A stretch of DNA of 63,388 nucleotides, filler included, from Octopus bimaculoides (GCF_001194135.2; 12 parts of 10 records of this genome joined end to end with filler, not necessarily neighbours in it); one strand, 5' to 3'. Positions 1-12,479 are shown, counted from the first letter of the whole stretch. Notes: a model not told the origin generated them from the sequence alone. Made by a program: numbers and translations.

Positions 1-6
1 AATATA

Positions 7-210
7 CGAGGGTGGTGCTCAAAAGTCCCTGACTCTGAGTAAAAGAAAATACAGGAGGATCAATTAATTATGATGTTATTGAACATATTCCCCTCTCATA
101 ATGACACACTTATTACAGTGGTCCTTCTGTTTTTCTAAGCCCTGTAAAAAAAAACTTAGAAGGTTTGGCCTTCAGCCCAGCCTTTCGCAATACTTTTCAG
201 CACCCCCTCG
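7..210. mobile_element. Tc1/mariner-type MITE (about 204 bp)
   Basis: Imperfect TIRs CGAGGGTGGTGCTCAAAAGT (7-26) and ACTTTTCAGCACCCCCTCG (192-210), flanked by TA at 5-6 and 211-212. No ORF. Confidence 0.85.
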
Positions 211-1142
211 TATTTTAGACAAGACGTGTATGGCGCTTTAGATGCCATGCGTGACAGAATTGACGCATAGAATGTAAAGTAGTGGTCATCACTGATCAAG
301 AAATTTCGTTATTCTTGTTTTAATCTTTTTTTTTTTTTTTTTTGTGCGGTTGTTAATTATTTAAGAAACCTCAAGTACGATGACTCAGATAAAAATTTCA
401 GCTAATAAAAAAGCCACAGTAGTAGCAGTGAAATGCTCATCGAAATGTTTCCAAGTAAGCCAAATAATTCTCGTTTCTGTTTATCCGTCCTAGCAAACAG
501 CGGGGGTGTTGTGGTAATTCGTTACTCATCTGCTTTTCTTTACAGAACGTGAACTTAGGCATCATCCTTATGAACGCACCAGTTCGTGTATGCGTTACTT
601 TAACTATGTTTATGTGAAAAATACATAAACAAATAAATATTTTGCAAACACGATTGTGATTCAGAATTGTAAATATTTCACTGAAAGATGTCCGTGATTG
701 ATGGCATATGTGTGTTATGTATCCAAATGTTTGTAAATAACTCAGAGTATCAGGATATTCTATATAGGAATACTAACTTCAGAGTCAACATAGATCGTGT
801 AATTTGAACACAGTTTTCCTCAATAGACATGAGCTCCCATATTTCTGTTACCTGTATACTTTAAGAATCTCCCACTCTCTGTATTCCTCTCTTTTCCTTA
901 CGTTCCTCTCGCCACCCCACCCACACCACACAGGTAGCGACCAGTTATACTTAGCTTTTACTATATTTGTTCGACGTCATACATACATTAATTCACACAT
1001 AGGCACGCACAAACTGTATACGTGTAAGTTTATATGCATATAAATGTAAATATGTATATATGTATGTGTATATGTCCATGTGTGTGTGTGTGTGTGTGTG
1101 TGTGTTATATAGCTTTTTATTGAAGCTGGAGCCGAGAGTTTG

Positions 1143-1185
1143 TCTCATGACTTGAGTTTCACGCCACTGCGATCTTCAGACCAGA
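1143..1185 (-). ncRNA. Degenerate minimal type I hammerhead ribozyme motif (PLE-type)
   Basis: Minus strand reads TCTGGT-CTGAAGA-TCGC(AGTG)GCGT-GAAAC-TCAA-GTC-ATGAGA. Stem I pairs 5 of 6, stem II has 3 bp, cleavage triplet GUC. Confidence 0.6.
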
Positions 1186-2197
1186 ATTGTTACAACTGGT
1201 ACATTTGTATCCTGTAGTGCGCGCGCGCGCGCGTGTGTATGTGTGTGAGTGTGGCCTTGTGTTTGTCTTTGGTCATTAGTTAACTGCTTATTGATTGGGT
1301 GGTGATTTTCTAACCTCTCCATTAGTTATTTGAGTTATTTGTTGTTGTTGTTGTGTGTGTGTGATGAAGCGTTTGTATTTCTAGGAATTGGGAGGATGTA
1401 TTATTAATTTGTCGGTGAGTTGGTGATGTTTGTGTGTGTGCGTGTGTATATGTGTGTGTGTATGTGTCTGTGAGTGTGTGCGCGCGCGTTAGGTTTTTAA
1501 ATGAATGTTGTTTGTGAATAGGTTATTTGAAAAAAATAATTAAGAGCATATCTGTTGTGAGTAGCTGTATCCATAACGAATGGTACTTTACACAGTTGAG
1601 TGATCTGAGGGGATTGTTTTGTGAGTAAAAAAATATGTTTGGAAAAGATTTTTGTGTGCATAAGTGTATGTGTGTGTGTGAGCGAGAGAGTATGAGTATG
1701 TGAGTGTGAGCGAGAGAGTATGAGTATGTGAGTGTGAGCGAGGGCGTATGTGTATGTGCGCGTGCGTTTGGATCAGTTCGTATTTCTTTAGAATTTTATC
1801 TACATTGTATGTTTGACCTTTGTTCAAGCGTTGGTATGCTTTTGCGTAGATCTACAATGGCTGTTTGTTATTCTTGCCAGTGACCATAAAAATAAATAAA
1901 AATATGTGTCTGAAAAGAAGGAAGTGACGAGTTTCTATGAATACTTATTAGTGGTGTTAGCTGTAAAATTAAGGATATGTCTATCGTGGATGGATGTTTT
2001 TAATGAATGGTGTTTTTGTGCTTTCCATCTGTTGTGTTTTCGCTGTGATGAATAAACATGTTATTTACATGTGCGAGAGAAAGAGAGAGAGAGAGAGAGA
2101 AAAGAGAGAGGGAGAGAGAAAAGAGAGAGAGAGAGAGAGAGAAAAGAGAGAGAGAGAATAGAGAAAGAGAGAGAAAAGAGAGAAATTGTGTGTGTGA

Positions 2198-2276
<79 letters not shown>

Positions 2277-2484
2277 CGTGCGTTTGTTGTGGTTGTAGTG
2301 GAATTTTGTTTTCTTCTTTTGAGGGAATATTTGTGCGTGTCTGTGCGTAAGTGTATTGGAGGTAAAAGGTCTGATAGTATATTGCCATCTCGTCTGTTCT
2401 TTGGTTTGCATAAATGTGTGTGTGTATACATACGCATGCGCATTTGAGTGGACTGATAGGTAGTTTGAATTTATATTTGTGTAT

Positions 2485-2775
2485 GACGGTGAAAGAAACG
2501 ATATGGAGGACTCGTTCGGAAGGAATTGCGACAGGACAGTTCATCTCCAGACGGACGAGGGCTGGTGAACTACTTCACCGCTGCCCATCTTGTTTCCAAG
2601 ATCCGTCTGGAGAGGAGGAGCTTGTCGCAAAGAGTATTTGCCAAAAGATGGAAGGATGTTGTAAGAAAGTTGTGTATGCAAGGAGCCATGCCGACACGGT
2701 CGGACCGGGCATAGAAGGAAGAGAAATGGTAAAACAAAAAATCAACCGGCGGGTTAGGGGGACATCCCCAACCTA
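2485..2775 (+). mobile_element. Probable L1/Tx1-type LINE ORF2 C-terminal fragment (frameshifted)
   Basis: Peptides VKETIWRTR and GLVNYFTAAHLVSKIRLERRSLSQRVFAKRW resemble the K..IW..R and F..RW end of Tx1 ORF2. Recognised by eye only. Confidence 0.5.
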
Positions 2776-2899
2776 AAAGTAATCAAATGTTTAAAACAAT
2801 AACATCATCATATTATAATATATTATTCTCATGTAAAAATCATTCGTTAAATCATCTGTAAAAAGCTCAATGATCTATATGTTCCTTTTTGTCTGTTCT

Positions 2900-3260
2900 A
2901 GTTCGTTCCCTCTATGTATCCCATTTATTAGGAAATAAAAGAAATCACCTCGTTGGGCTTTATATTGAGGTTTCGCTTTCCTGTTGTCAGGTTCAGCGTC
3001 ACGAGAAAGTAGTTTGCTACTGATAAGTTTGTTCCTATAGTTATTCTTTGGTCAAGTTCATTGAATCCCTTAATTAGTTTCTTCATCTTGGGCCCGTCCA
3101 TGTTTTGAGATATGGCTAAGTCGTTAGCCCTGTAGAGGTATAAACAGTACGTGGGCGATATTTTGCCTATCCGTTCGAGGATACATAGTCTTACAAGTTC
3201 ACATGTTTCTGCTCCATCATAGAATCCCATGGTTACTCCAAAAAGATCGTCGTTTTTATA
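2900..3260 (-). mobile_element. Naiad-type Penelope-like RT fragment (second, more decayed subfamily)
   Basis: ORF 2928-3230 has MGFYDGAETCELV, LYR(AND)LA, ITIGTNL and VTLNLTTG..KPN, matching the Naiad RT motifs MGxYDGAExCELVG, YRDDGL and FLDVTLNL..G...Y.KPN. Confidence 0.85.
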
Positions 3261-4625
3261 CTTATCTCAATAACTAATTCATGATGCAATACATCAGATT
3301 CATGAAAAGCAATGTGCTGATGGCTAAGAGAGTAACTTCCTGAGTATTTGATCCAATTTTGTCTTTACTGTCATCTACTGTCTATAGTAGATGCTGCAAA
3401 ATTTAATTGCACCCCCACCCCAAACTGTCACGAAAACAAAAGATCCCAGGAAAAGAAATGTGATCTGGTTTCTCATGCATAAAACTTTTGAAAACCTCAA
3501 ACTTAACGTTCAATGCAATCCTTTTACGACCCTCCCACTTGACAACTTCTTAGTGATTGTGAATAAGAGTAATACATTATACTGTACGTGTTTCTAGTTA
3601 GATACAACCCGATGGGCGAAATGCGCACCTAGGTACCAAGCCAGAATGTTTTAAGTCCTTCTGCATACGTATGATGGGAATTTGGTGCATATATGTGTGC
3701 TCGCGTGCGCGCGTGTTTGTGTGTATAGTTAGATGTACAACTACCACTGTATGAATTAGAACTCCGCATGGATTATCATTATCTAATCAACTTCCAGTCT
3801 AGTGGTTAGTCTACTAATCCACTTAGTAGTATTACTAGTTATGACATATAGAGCATATGCAGGCGAAAATTAAGATAAACACAAGTATAAATTATTAGTT
3901 CCTACAAACATACGCACATGCGCGCGCGTGTATACATATACGCACTTAAGAATACTTGTTAATTTTGAAGTTAGGTCTAAGATCGTTTCGACCACAAATC
4001 GTCATCAGTTACAGTTATAGGTCTCTATTTATAGCCTAAATTACATAAATCTATTCTAGTCAACATCAGCTATTAAGCTGGTTATAACGTAATAGCTATT
4101 AAGTAAATAATTACATCTATAATATAATTATTTCCAATAATAATACAAGATATGTGAAAGTTTTAAACAATAAAAAGGTTATGCTCTGCACTCCTTTTTT
4201 ATGTTTAGTACTAATTATGAGAGCAATCCAGTTCGATTGAGCCAATTTCAGGAAAATAAATACGAAGTTCATTCCAGAAGTTTTGAGACTTTTTCAGTAG
4301 AGATATTTATAAATTTCAAACAAGTACAAAACTCTAATCTCCTTCAAAGTAGGATCTTGTTTGCCAAGGGAAGTCGTGTGTCGATAAGCCAGCTGGAGGA
4401 GATGTCCTCCTGGGGCTAAAAGCAACAGTAACATCCACCCCTAGGGGTCAGCCACACTTAAGTGGCAATATACTACACTTTATCGTGCAGTTACTGTTAA
4501 TACTTCATTTAGAGAATTAACATTGCTTGTTTTCACCTTTTCAATATCAGTGAAGAATTTCACTGGAAAAGAAGATATAAGTTTGCCAGGTTTTTGTCTC
4601 TCTCACCAAGATCATCAGCTGTCGG

Positions 4626-4664
4626 ACGCCGACGAAGGGAAATAACCCTGAAATCCGGATACGT
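4626..4664 (+). ncRNA. Minimal type I hammerhead ribozyme motif, CCGACGA core, AUA triplet
   Basis: ACG-CCGACGA-AGGG(AAATAA)CCCT-GAAA-T(CCGG)A-TA-CGT. Stems I and II are perfect, loop III is the palindrome CCGG. Cut off by the gap at 4665. Confidence 0.75.
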
Positions 4665-4764
4665 NNNNNNNNNNNNNNNNNNNNNNNNNNNNNNNNNNNN
4701 NNNNNNNNTTAATTAATTAANNNNNNNNNNNNNNNNNNNNNNNNNNNNNNNNNNNNNNNNNNNN
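4665..4764. other. Artificial assembly linker N44-TTAATTAATTAA-N44 (first of 11)
   Basis: The identical 12-mer, which has stops in all six frames, sits between Ns at 4709, 17116, 19489, 22894, 28249, 37222, 42331, 57429, 59385, 60937 and 62320. Confidence 0.97.
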
Positions 4765-5707
4765 AAATATGGACGACTTGCTCCGAAACACCACCGAGTG
4801 GGGAACACTTCTCAAAAATAACCTGCCGTTGTTTCCTTCAAAATTCCTACATGCTTGAAATGTACATACATCAAGGTATATTTGTAGAAAATTTCACGAA
4901 ATATATTAATTTTCCTGGAAGTTAAGAGGAATTTAAGTGGAATTTACGAAAATTGTCCCCCACCCCCTCCCAAAACACTTTCACCGAAAATTTTTGGATA
5001 TTCGGAATCAACATAATAAATAATATATGCGTAGAAAATTTCATAAAAAATATTCATTTTTCTGAAAGTTATGACCTTCCAAAGTTGGTGGGTACAACTC
5101 TGTAGTTATGTCACGTTGACGAATATGAGTTATATTTTTGTGAATGATTGTGTTTATTTGCACGTGTATGCGTTTGAGAGAGTGAGAGAGGGAGAAATGA
5201 ATAGAGATCGAGAGCAATGTGTATGTTGTTGTCAGAGGTCACGTATGTGTGTTTGTGTGTGTTTTTACGTATCTATGCTATGAAAAATAGGTAAAGAATA
5301 TTGAGATGAAAGTTTAATCTATAACTATGTATGTATCACTTTCTCTCTCTTTCTCCCTCTTTTACTCTTACTTTTTATATTTTTATGTTGAGCGCGTGTG
5401 TAAGAACGGCGTTCTAGGTAGAAGGAAAGAAATATAAAACTTGTTAGAAACAACAGCCAAATCTCCCTTAAATCACACAAAGTAAANNNNNNNNNNNNNN
5501 NNNNNNNNNNNNNNNNNNNNNNNNNNNNNNNNNNNNNNNNNNNNNNNNNNNNNNNNNNNNNNNNNNNNNNNNNNNNNNNNNNNNNNAGTACTATAATGAC
5601 AACCTACTGTTTGTTCTAAATTATAACATATGTATGTGTGTGCGTGTGTGTGTAAAAGATTAAGGAATGCATGCATTACACAAATATTTTAATCTTGAAA
5701 AAAACTT

Positions 5708-5741
<34 letters not shown>

Positions 5742-5748
5742 ATATATA

Positions 5749-6186
5749 AGTAAAATACCTAGTTATAAAATCTCAATAAGAGATAAGTAACATATACCAA
5801 ACAGTAAAGTGAGTAGCCACATCAATGTGGCAGATGAATGTTATCAGGTGAATTCTCCACCAGTTGGTTTTCAGTGCAAGCTCTGCACTCTTTATATACA
5901 ATACATCACTAGGAGGGCGAACGAACCCAACTACCCTCCAACAGCTGAGAGGATCACAGGACCGGTCGGTTTCGAGTTTCTTGCTTCACATCACCCATGT
6001 GCACCTGCGCAGCAGAGTGTAGCTAAGATCCACTTCTACCATCAATGTATTGTAAACAAAGTGACCATCAGTCACTGATTTGCAACTAGTAAAATAGCTA
6101 GTTATAAAATCTGAAGAAGAGATACAGTAGTAACGTATACCAAACAGTAAAGCGAGCAGCCACGTCAAAGAGGCAGATGAATGTTA
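5749..6186. repeat. Direct repeat of about 95 bp with 339-bp period
   Basis: AGTAAAATA(C/G)CTAGTTATAAAATCT...GCAGATGAATGTTA at 5749-5843 and 6088-6186. Confidence 0.85.
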
Positions 6187-6221
6187 CTACGAGTTTAACC
6201 CTTGGTGGATTCTATATATTA

Positions 6222-6741
6222 GGTGGAGGAGTGAGTGGCCGTGTGGTAAGTAGTTTGCTTACTGCACATGCATTAGTCAGTTACTGCTACACTGGTATTG
6301 CCAAGACATTGCTTCGCAGCACTCTTGAAATTTGAAGGCGCAATTATAAGGTAAGGCATTTGTTTTTTTGGAATTCAGTGGGGGTTTGTTGCTTACCAAC
6401 CACATGATTCCGGGTTCAGTGCCACTGTGTGGAATCTTGGGCAAATGTCTTCTACTATAGCCTCAGGCTGAACAAAGCCTTGTGAGTGGATTTGGTAGAC
6501 GAAAACTGAAAGAAGCCCGTCGTATATATGTGTGTGTGTGTGTGATTGTGTGTGTTTGTACTGCCACCATCGCTTGACAACCGATGTTGGTGTGCTTACG
6601 CTCCTGTAACTTAGCGGTTCGGCAAAAGAGACCAATATAATAAGTACTAGGCTTACAAACAATAAGTCCTGGGGTCGATTTGTTCGACTGAAGCCAGTGC
6701 TCCAGCATGGCCACAGTTAAATGACTGAAACAAATAAAAGA
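6222..6741 (+). mobile_element. tRNA-derived SINE family A (CORE-like central domain), interrupted by a 126-bp insertion
   Basis: Head GGAGTGGCCGTGTGGTAAG..GGTTCAGT (A/B-box like), CTTGGGCAAATGTCTTCTACTATAGC core, tail GACTGAAACAAATAAAAGA. Same family recurs throughout the window. Confidence 0.9.
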
Positions 6742-6810
6742 ATATATATATATCTTTTAATCTTTTATTTGTTTCAGTTATTTGACTAAAGATTTATATA
6801 TATTTTTTAA

Positions 6811-7160
6811 TTCTTTTATTTGTTTCAGTCATTTGACTGCAGCCATGCTGGAGCACCACCTTTAGTCGAACAAATCGACACCAGGACTTATTCTTTGTAA
6901 GCTTAGCACTTATTCTATCAAGTCTTTTGCCGAACCGCTAAGATACGGGACATAAACACACCAACATTGGTTGTTAAGTGATGGTGGGGAGACAAACACA
7001 CACACATATATATGTACAACGGCTCCTTTCAATTTCCGTCTACCAAATCCACTCACAAGGCTTTGGTTGGACCAAGGCTACAGTAGAAGACACTTGCCCA
7101 AGGTGCCATGCAGTGGCACTGAACCCGGATCCGTGTGAGTTACTTACCACACAGCCACTC
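6811..7160 (-). mobile_element. SINE family A, reverse orientation
   Basis: Reverse complement of the family A sequence, tail-to-tail with the 6222-6741 copy. Confidence 0.9.
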
Positions 7161-7599
7161 TTGAGCATCTCTCTCCCTCTCCTTCTCTCTCTCTTTCTCG
7201 GGGGGCAGAAAACACCCGTTCCTGGATTACGTGTACAAGGGAGGTAACTCTTTGCGAAGTAACTTTCAGAAATTGATTTTCTCCCTTACATCCATTGGTC
7301 ATAAAAAAAATATTGCTTTTATAATAGATTCACATCCTTGAAAGTTTTTTTTAATATTTACTTCCGGTTTTGTAGCGTCAGTGACGTCTATATCTCTCTA
7401 TTTATATCTCTATCCATCTCTCTCTATCTTATCTCTCACTATCTCTCTACCTCTATCTCTCTATCCATCTCCATCTCTCTATCCATCTCTATCCCTATAT
7501 CTATCCATCATTCTGTATCTATCTTATTTGTCTAACTAGCTAGCTCTCTTTCCCCCTCTCTCCATATCTCACTCACTCTCTATTGTTTTCACTTTCATT

Positions 7600-9090
7600 T
7601 TTCAGATATTATTGTTTTCATTTTAAGTTCAATCGCTATTGTTTCCATTGTAAGTTTTAAATCGCTACTTACAAACAACGACGACAAATTACTGACAGAA
7701 AGAAGTTCACAGTTACTGATAAAAGTAATTTCATACATAATTTACTGACTGAAATAACTTCATAAATTTCACTTTAAAATGCACACTTCATTAAATTTGC
7801 CTACAAATTTCTTATTTACTTTTGCAATGTTTTGTGCTTTTTTTTTTGTTGTGGACAGAATTACTGATAAAAGTAAGTTCATAAATTCGTGACAGAAGTA
7901 ACCTCAAAAGTTTCACTTAAATCTGTACATTCGTTAATTTGCCTAAAAATTTCTTATTTACTTTTGCAATGGTTTTGTGATTTCCTGTTGTTAACGACTT
8001 TTTTCTGGTTCCTTCAATACTGGCTCTTTGGTTCACTGACAAATTTCGCTTCAATCCATACAATTTTTTATTTTCTGTAAAAATTTCTTATTTACTTCCT
8101 GCCCATCGTATTAAGAAATATAATTTCTGTTACCGAGTTATTTTCAATGTTTACTATCTTCTGCACTTATATATTTCTGTATATGTATACAACCATACTT
8201 AGAAGGAAAGTGTCAAATTTGTCTACAATGTCAAGGTCAGCCAAAAGAATGTCTCTGTCCAGAGAAAGAGAGACAGCTACAAAAAGGGAAGCATTCGAAG
8301 AAACGAACAGACTGTGCACTACAGAATCCAGAGCATCTCAAAATGACGAACAGAGGTATGCATGGCTGACAAGGAATAGGATCTCCCCTGTAGAATGAAA
8401 AGCAGTTGCAACAGCTCAGAAAAGCAACTTCTATGAAGCAACTTTCAATTATGTTCCAGCAGTTCATTATGCAGATGACACTAGAGTTTCCATTGGTACA
8501 ATGACAACTGAGTGCATACATTGTAAAGCAGGGAAGTGGCCTGGAAAGACACCTGCACTGTGCTGCAGTAGGGGAAAGATTAAACTCCTTGCAATCCCCA
8601 ACCTCCAGAGCCATTGGAGAAACTATTGTTGTAAACTGACCAAGATTCCAAGCACTTCCAAAACAAACTTAGACAATACAACGCTGCACTACAGATAACA
8701 TCATTTGGAGCGACAAGAGATTTAACTGAGCCAGGATTAATGCAAATTTTCAAGATCCAAAGTCAGATTTACCATCAAATGAATCACCAAAATCAGCCTT
8801 ACATTGTTTATAATTTGCACCTGTTTTTTTTTTGCTTACGAAATAAGCTACACAAAAATGAATTACGTGTATTTACTTCATATATATATATATATATATA
8901 TACATATGAGTTGAAAACTTTCTTTTAACGTTTCACTTAACGTCTATGTTCCATGTTGGCATGGGTTCGAGAGTTATTAATGTAGAAAGTTGGTACCTTA
9001 GCTACTAGCAGTTGAGACCTGTGTAATCTAGACGGCGTTTGTAAATTTCATTGTTCTCTTAACTAGGGCAACGCCGAGTATTTCTGCTAG
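7600..9090 (+). mobile_element. Internally deleted Helitron (Rep N-terminal remnant plus intact 3' end; 5' boundary uncertain)
   Basis: Frameshifted peptides GTMTTECIHCKAGKW...CCSRGKIKL (Helitron CxxC..CC zinc motif), TSFGA and FKIQSQIYH at 8200-8790. The 3' end GGGCAACGCCGAG..CTAG (9087-9090) is followed by T. Subterminal tandem repeats at 7686-8100. Confidence 0.8.
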
Positions 9091-10390
9091 TATATTACTC
9101 AAAATTTTTTATAAATATATTTACCCTTATATCAACTTCATACTTAAATATACGGTTTATTGCTATATATTACTTTTCTTTATACTTGTAATGTTTTCCC
9201 AAAGCATATATAATTTTTTTATACTTACTTCTCTAAACATACTACCTTTCCCCACTTTGTAAGGTTTATACCAAGTTTTTCTACAAGTTTTTCTATGGAA
9301 CCGAAATGCTCCATACAAATGCATAAAAATATAAAAATGTAATGGTATATCTTTTTCTGCCTCTGACAAGATCCAAATTTATAATGGTTTAATTATCTTA
9401 ATTAATTTCTAAAGTCTGAACTGAAATAGCTGTCAGAGATTATGTCTATTTTTGTAATTAATAAATATAATTATTGATTGATTTATCCCTATTTTCTTAT
9501 TTTTCTTAAATAAATATAAATCTCAGTTTATTTAATTACCTATTTTTGAATATTAAATCTAATATTCAAAATAAATAATAGGTAAGAAACCAGTAAATTC
9601 ATTGATATTATTATCCTTTAAGGAGGCTTATTTAATCTCTAATTCAACTTTCATATGTATATATACGTGTGTGTGTGTGTATGTGTGTGTCTATATATAT
9701 GCATATAAAGGTACAGGATGTCACCAACTGTGCAAGCAACATGAAATACGTAAACAACGAGAGAAAAAAATCAAAAAAGGACAAGTAAACACAAGTAAAC
9801 ATCAGTTGACAGCTGTCTATCTATTCCTCATTTCGAGCATTCAATGGCAATATGAGTCTTCATAGACAGTTGCTCCCATAAATTCTAAAATAAAATTTAG
9901 GATTTATCGAGTGTCAAATTTGAAAACAAAGACAGGACAGTGGAGACATACAAGGAAACTGAACGAAAAAAAACATGGAGGGTCGTTAGACCAGATCGAG
10001 AGGAAAATAGCGAATGCTGGGAGAAATATTTTCTTTGAAAAGAGAAAAGATGGAAGAGGGAGAAAAAAAGCATCCAGTCTTTTGCACGTCCATGCAGGTA
10101 AAGAAAGATGTTCACGTGGAAAAGAAAGATGTTCACGTGGAAAAGAAAGATAGACGATGGTCACGTATGAGCAACGAGAGAGAGAAAAAGAGAAAGAGAG
10201 GAGAGAGAGAGACAGATAGAAAACGGTGAAAGAGGAAGGGTGAGAAAAAGGGAATTCGAGAAGAATGGAGGAAGAAAACAGTATAGAGTAGAGTCGCATC
10301 AAAATGATGGAGATAAACTTACTTGGAAATGGATGCGTCACGTTCAATTCATTATTAATAATAAATAATATATATGTATGTGTGTGTATG

Positions 10391-10427
<37 letters not shown>

Positions 10428-10456
10428 TTTATTTAAAAGCAGCAGAAATATAACAA

Positions 10457-10500
10457 AAACTGTTACTCAGAGTTTCACGTTCCTGTTCGTCGGACAGTTT
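10457..10500 (-). ncRNA. Hammerhead ribozyme motif in the 3' pseudo-LTR, CCGACGA core, GUA triplet
   Basis: AAACTGT-CCGACGA-ACAGGAACGT-GAAAC-TCTGA-GTA-ACAGTTT. Perfect 7-bp stem I. Stem III region ACTC-T-GAGT is self-complementary. Confidence 0.8.
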
Positions 10501-10838
10501 CGTTAAATTGGAACAGAAATAACGATATAATCAAAACTAGTTAAAGGAATCACCTTTAAAAATAGATTTGTTTCATCGGTCCTTTCAATTAAGGGTCTTA
10601 AGTATGCAATGAACAAAATAAATGAATTCAATATAAATTCATCCTATTGTAAAATCGAAGAAAACCTTAAATCGAAGAGTAGATTCAAAATACATATCGT
10701 AAATAATTATATATGAAATATAAGTCAATCAATACATTAAAATTAAAATTTTCACGCTGCGTTACATAAATATTTTACAACAGTATATACCCAAACTGGA
10801 CTATCTATAATATACATATTTACATCAAAATAAACTGA

Positions 10839-10990
10839 TGCGTAGGAGTGGCTGTGCGGTAAGTAACTTGCTTACGAACCACATGGTTCTGTGTTCAGTC
10901 CCACTGTGTGGCACCTTGGGCAAGTGTCTTCTACTATAGCCTCGGGCTGACCAAAGCCTTGTGAGTGGATTTGGTAGACGGAAACTGTCG

Positions 10991-11026
<36 letters not shown>

Positions 11027-11262
11027 TATATATGTGTGTGTGTATGTTTGTGTGTATATGTTTGTGTGTCAGTGTTTGTCCCTCCCAACACCGCTTGACA
11101 ACCGATGCTGGTGTGTTTACGTCCCATAACTTAGCAGTTCGGCAAAAGAGACCAATAGAATAAGTACTAGGCTTACAAAGAATAAGTCCCGGGGTCGATA
11201 TGCTCGACTAAAGTAGGTGCTCTAGCATGACCACAGGCAAATGACTGAAACGAGTAAAGAGA
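10839..11262 (+). mobile_element. SINE family A
   Basis: Full head-core-tail match to the other family A copies. Confidence 0.9.
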
Positions 11263-11579
11263 GTAAAGATGTTAGTTACATACATATACAGGCATATATA
11301 TGTAAGACATAAATACACGCACAAATACACATATACATATATGTACGCAACCATGCACGTGCACAAAAATCTCTTGTTGTATATATATACAAGTCAGTTA
11401 AAACAGACAAGAGAGATAGGAAGTATATCTTAAATGTAGGGAAGGGGAAAGAAGAAGAAAAGAAGAATCTTAAACGTAACAGCTAGCGAAAGAAAGAGGG
11501 AAGTAAGGGGGAGGGAGAAGAGGAACGCATTGTTTAAGGACGCTATCAAAGTAAGGAATAGAGAGAGAAATAAAAAAAT

Positions 11580-11653
11580 AGAGACAGGTGACGGAATATG
11601 TGTAACAAACGTACACATAAAATAAAATTACACACACACACACACACACACAC

Positions 11654-11708
<55 letters not shown>

Positions 11709-12020
11709 CATAAGTATATATTAGCATATAAATACACATATAAGATATGCACGTAAATACATATCCACACTGATATAAGTGTATACATGCATACATATAC
11801 ATCCATGTACATGAGAGATAGGTGACAGAATATGTGTAACAAACGTATACATAAAATAAAATCACACACACACATATACATACATAAGTATATATTAGCA
11901 TATAAATAAACATAAGATCACGTATATAAATATATGGAAATATGCACGTAAATACATATGTACACAGGTATAAGTGTATACATACATATACATCCATGTA
12001 CGTACGTGTACAAGTATAAA
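11580..12020. repeat. Tandem duplication of about 235 bp embedded in CA/TA microsatellites
   Basis: AGGTGAC(G/A)GAATATGTGTAACAAACGTA...CATCCATGTAC occurs twice. Confidence 0.8.
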
Positions 12021-12479
12021 CATACACGCTTACTTACACATATACACAGACGCACACATACAAATACATATGCATGCTTACAATACAGACATATCTAGAT
12101 CCTAACGTATATATACAAACAACTTTTTTTTTTTAAATTGCTGAGTGTATAATAATAAAAATTGGATAAAAGACATGCAAAATGGAACACCATATATCGA
12201 ATTATCTATAAATATAACGATTAAATGGGTTTGTAAAATACAATAAAATGAAATAAAGATAAAATCTTAAACATGAAAATTATATATATAACAGTCGAAG
12301 GTTTTCTTAAAGAAATACATCGAAATATATACAATATCTTTGCAATGCGAAATAACCATGCATTTCAAAATACAAATCCAACAGTGGGATTGAAAACTAG
12401 TTCAAGATTCAAAGAATATATACTATCCATATGGTATTTTGTCAGCGACATTTTAAATTTTGTTGCGTGTCTGCAGGAA

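Noticed and set aside
4585-4620. Minus-strand CTGATGA next to the 4626 hammerhead
   Set aside because: No properly placed GAAA or cleavage triplet.
4709-4720. TTAATTAATTAA as a conserved homeodomain-type regulatory motif
   Set aside because: It always sits between exactly 44 Ns on each side, so it is an assembly linker.
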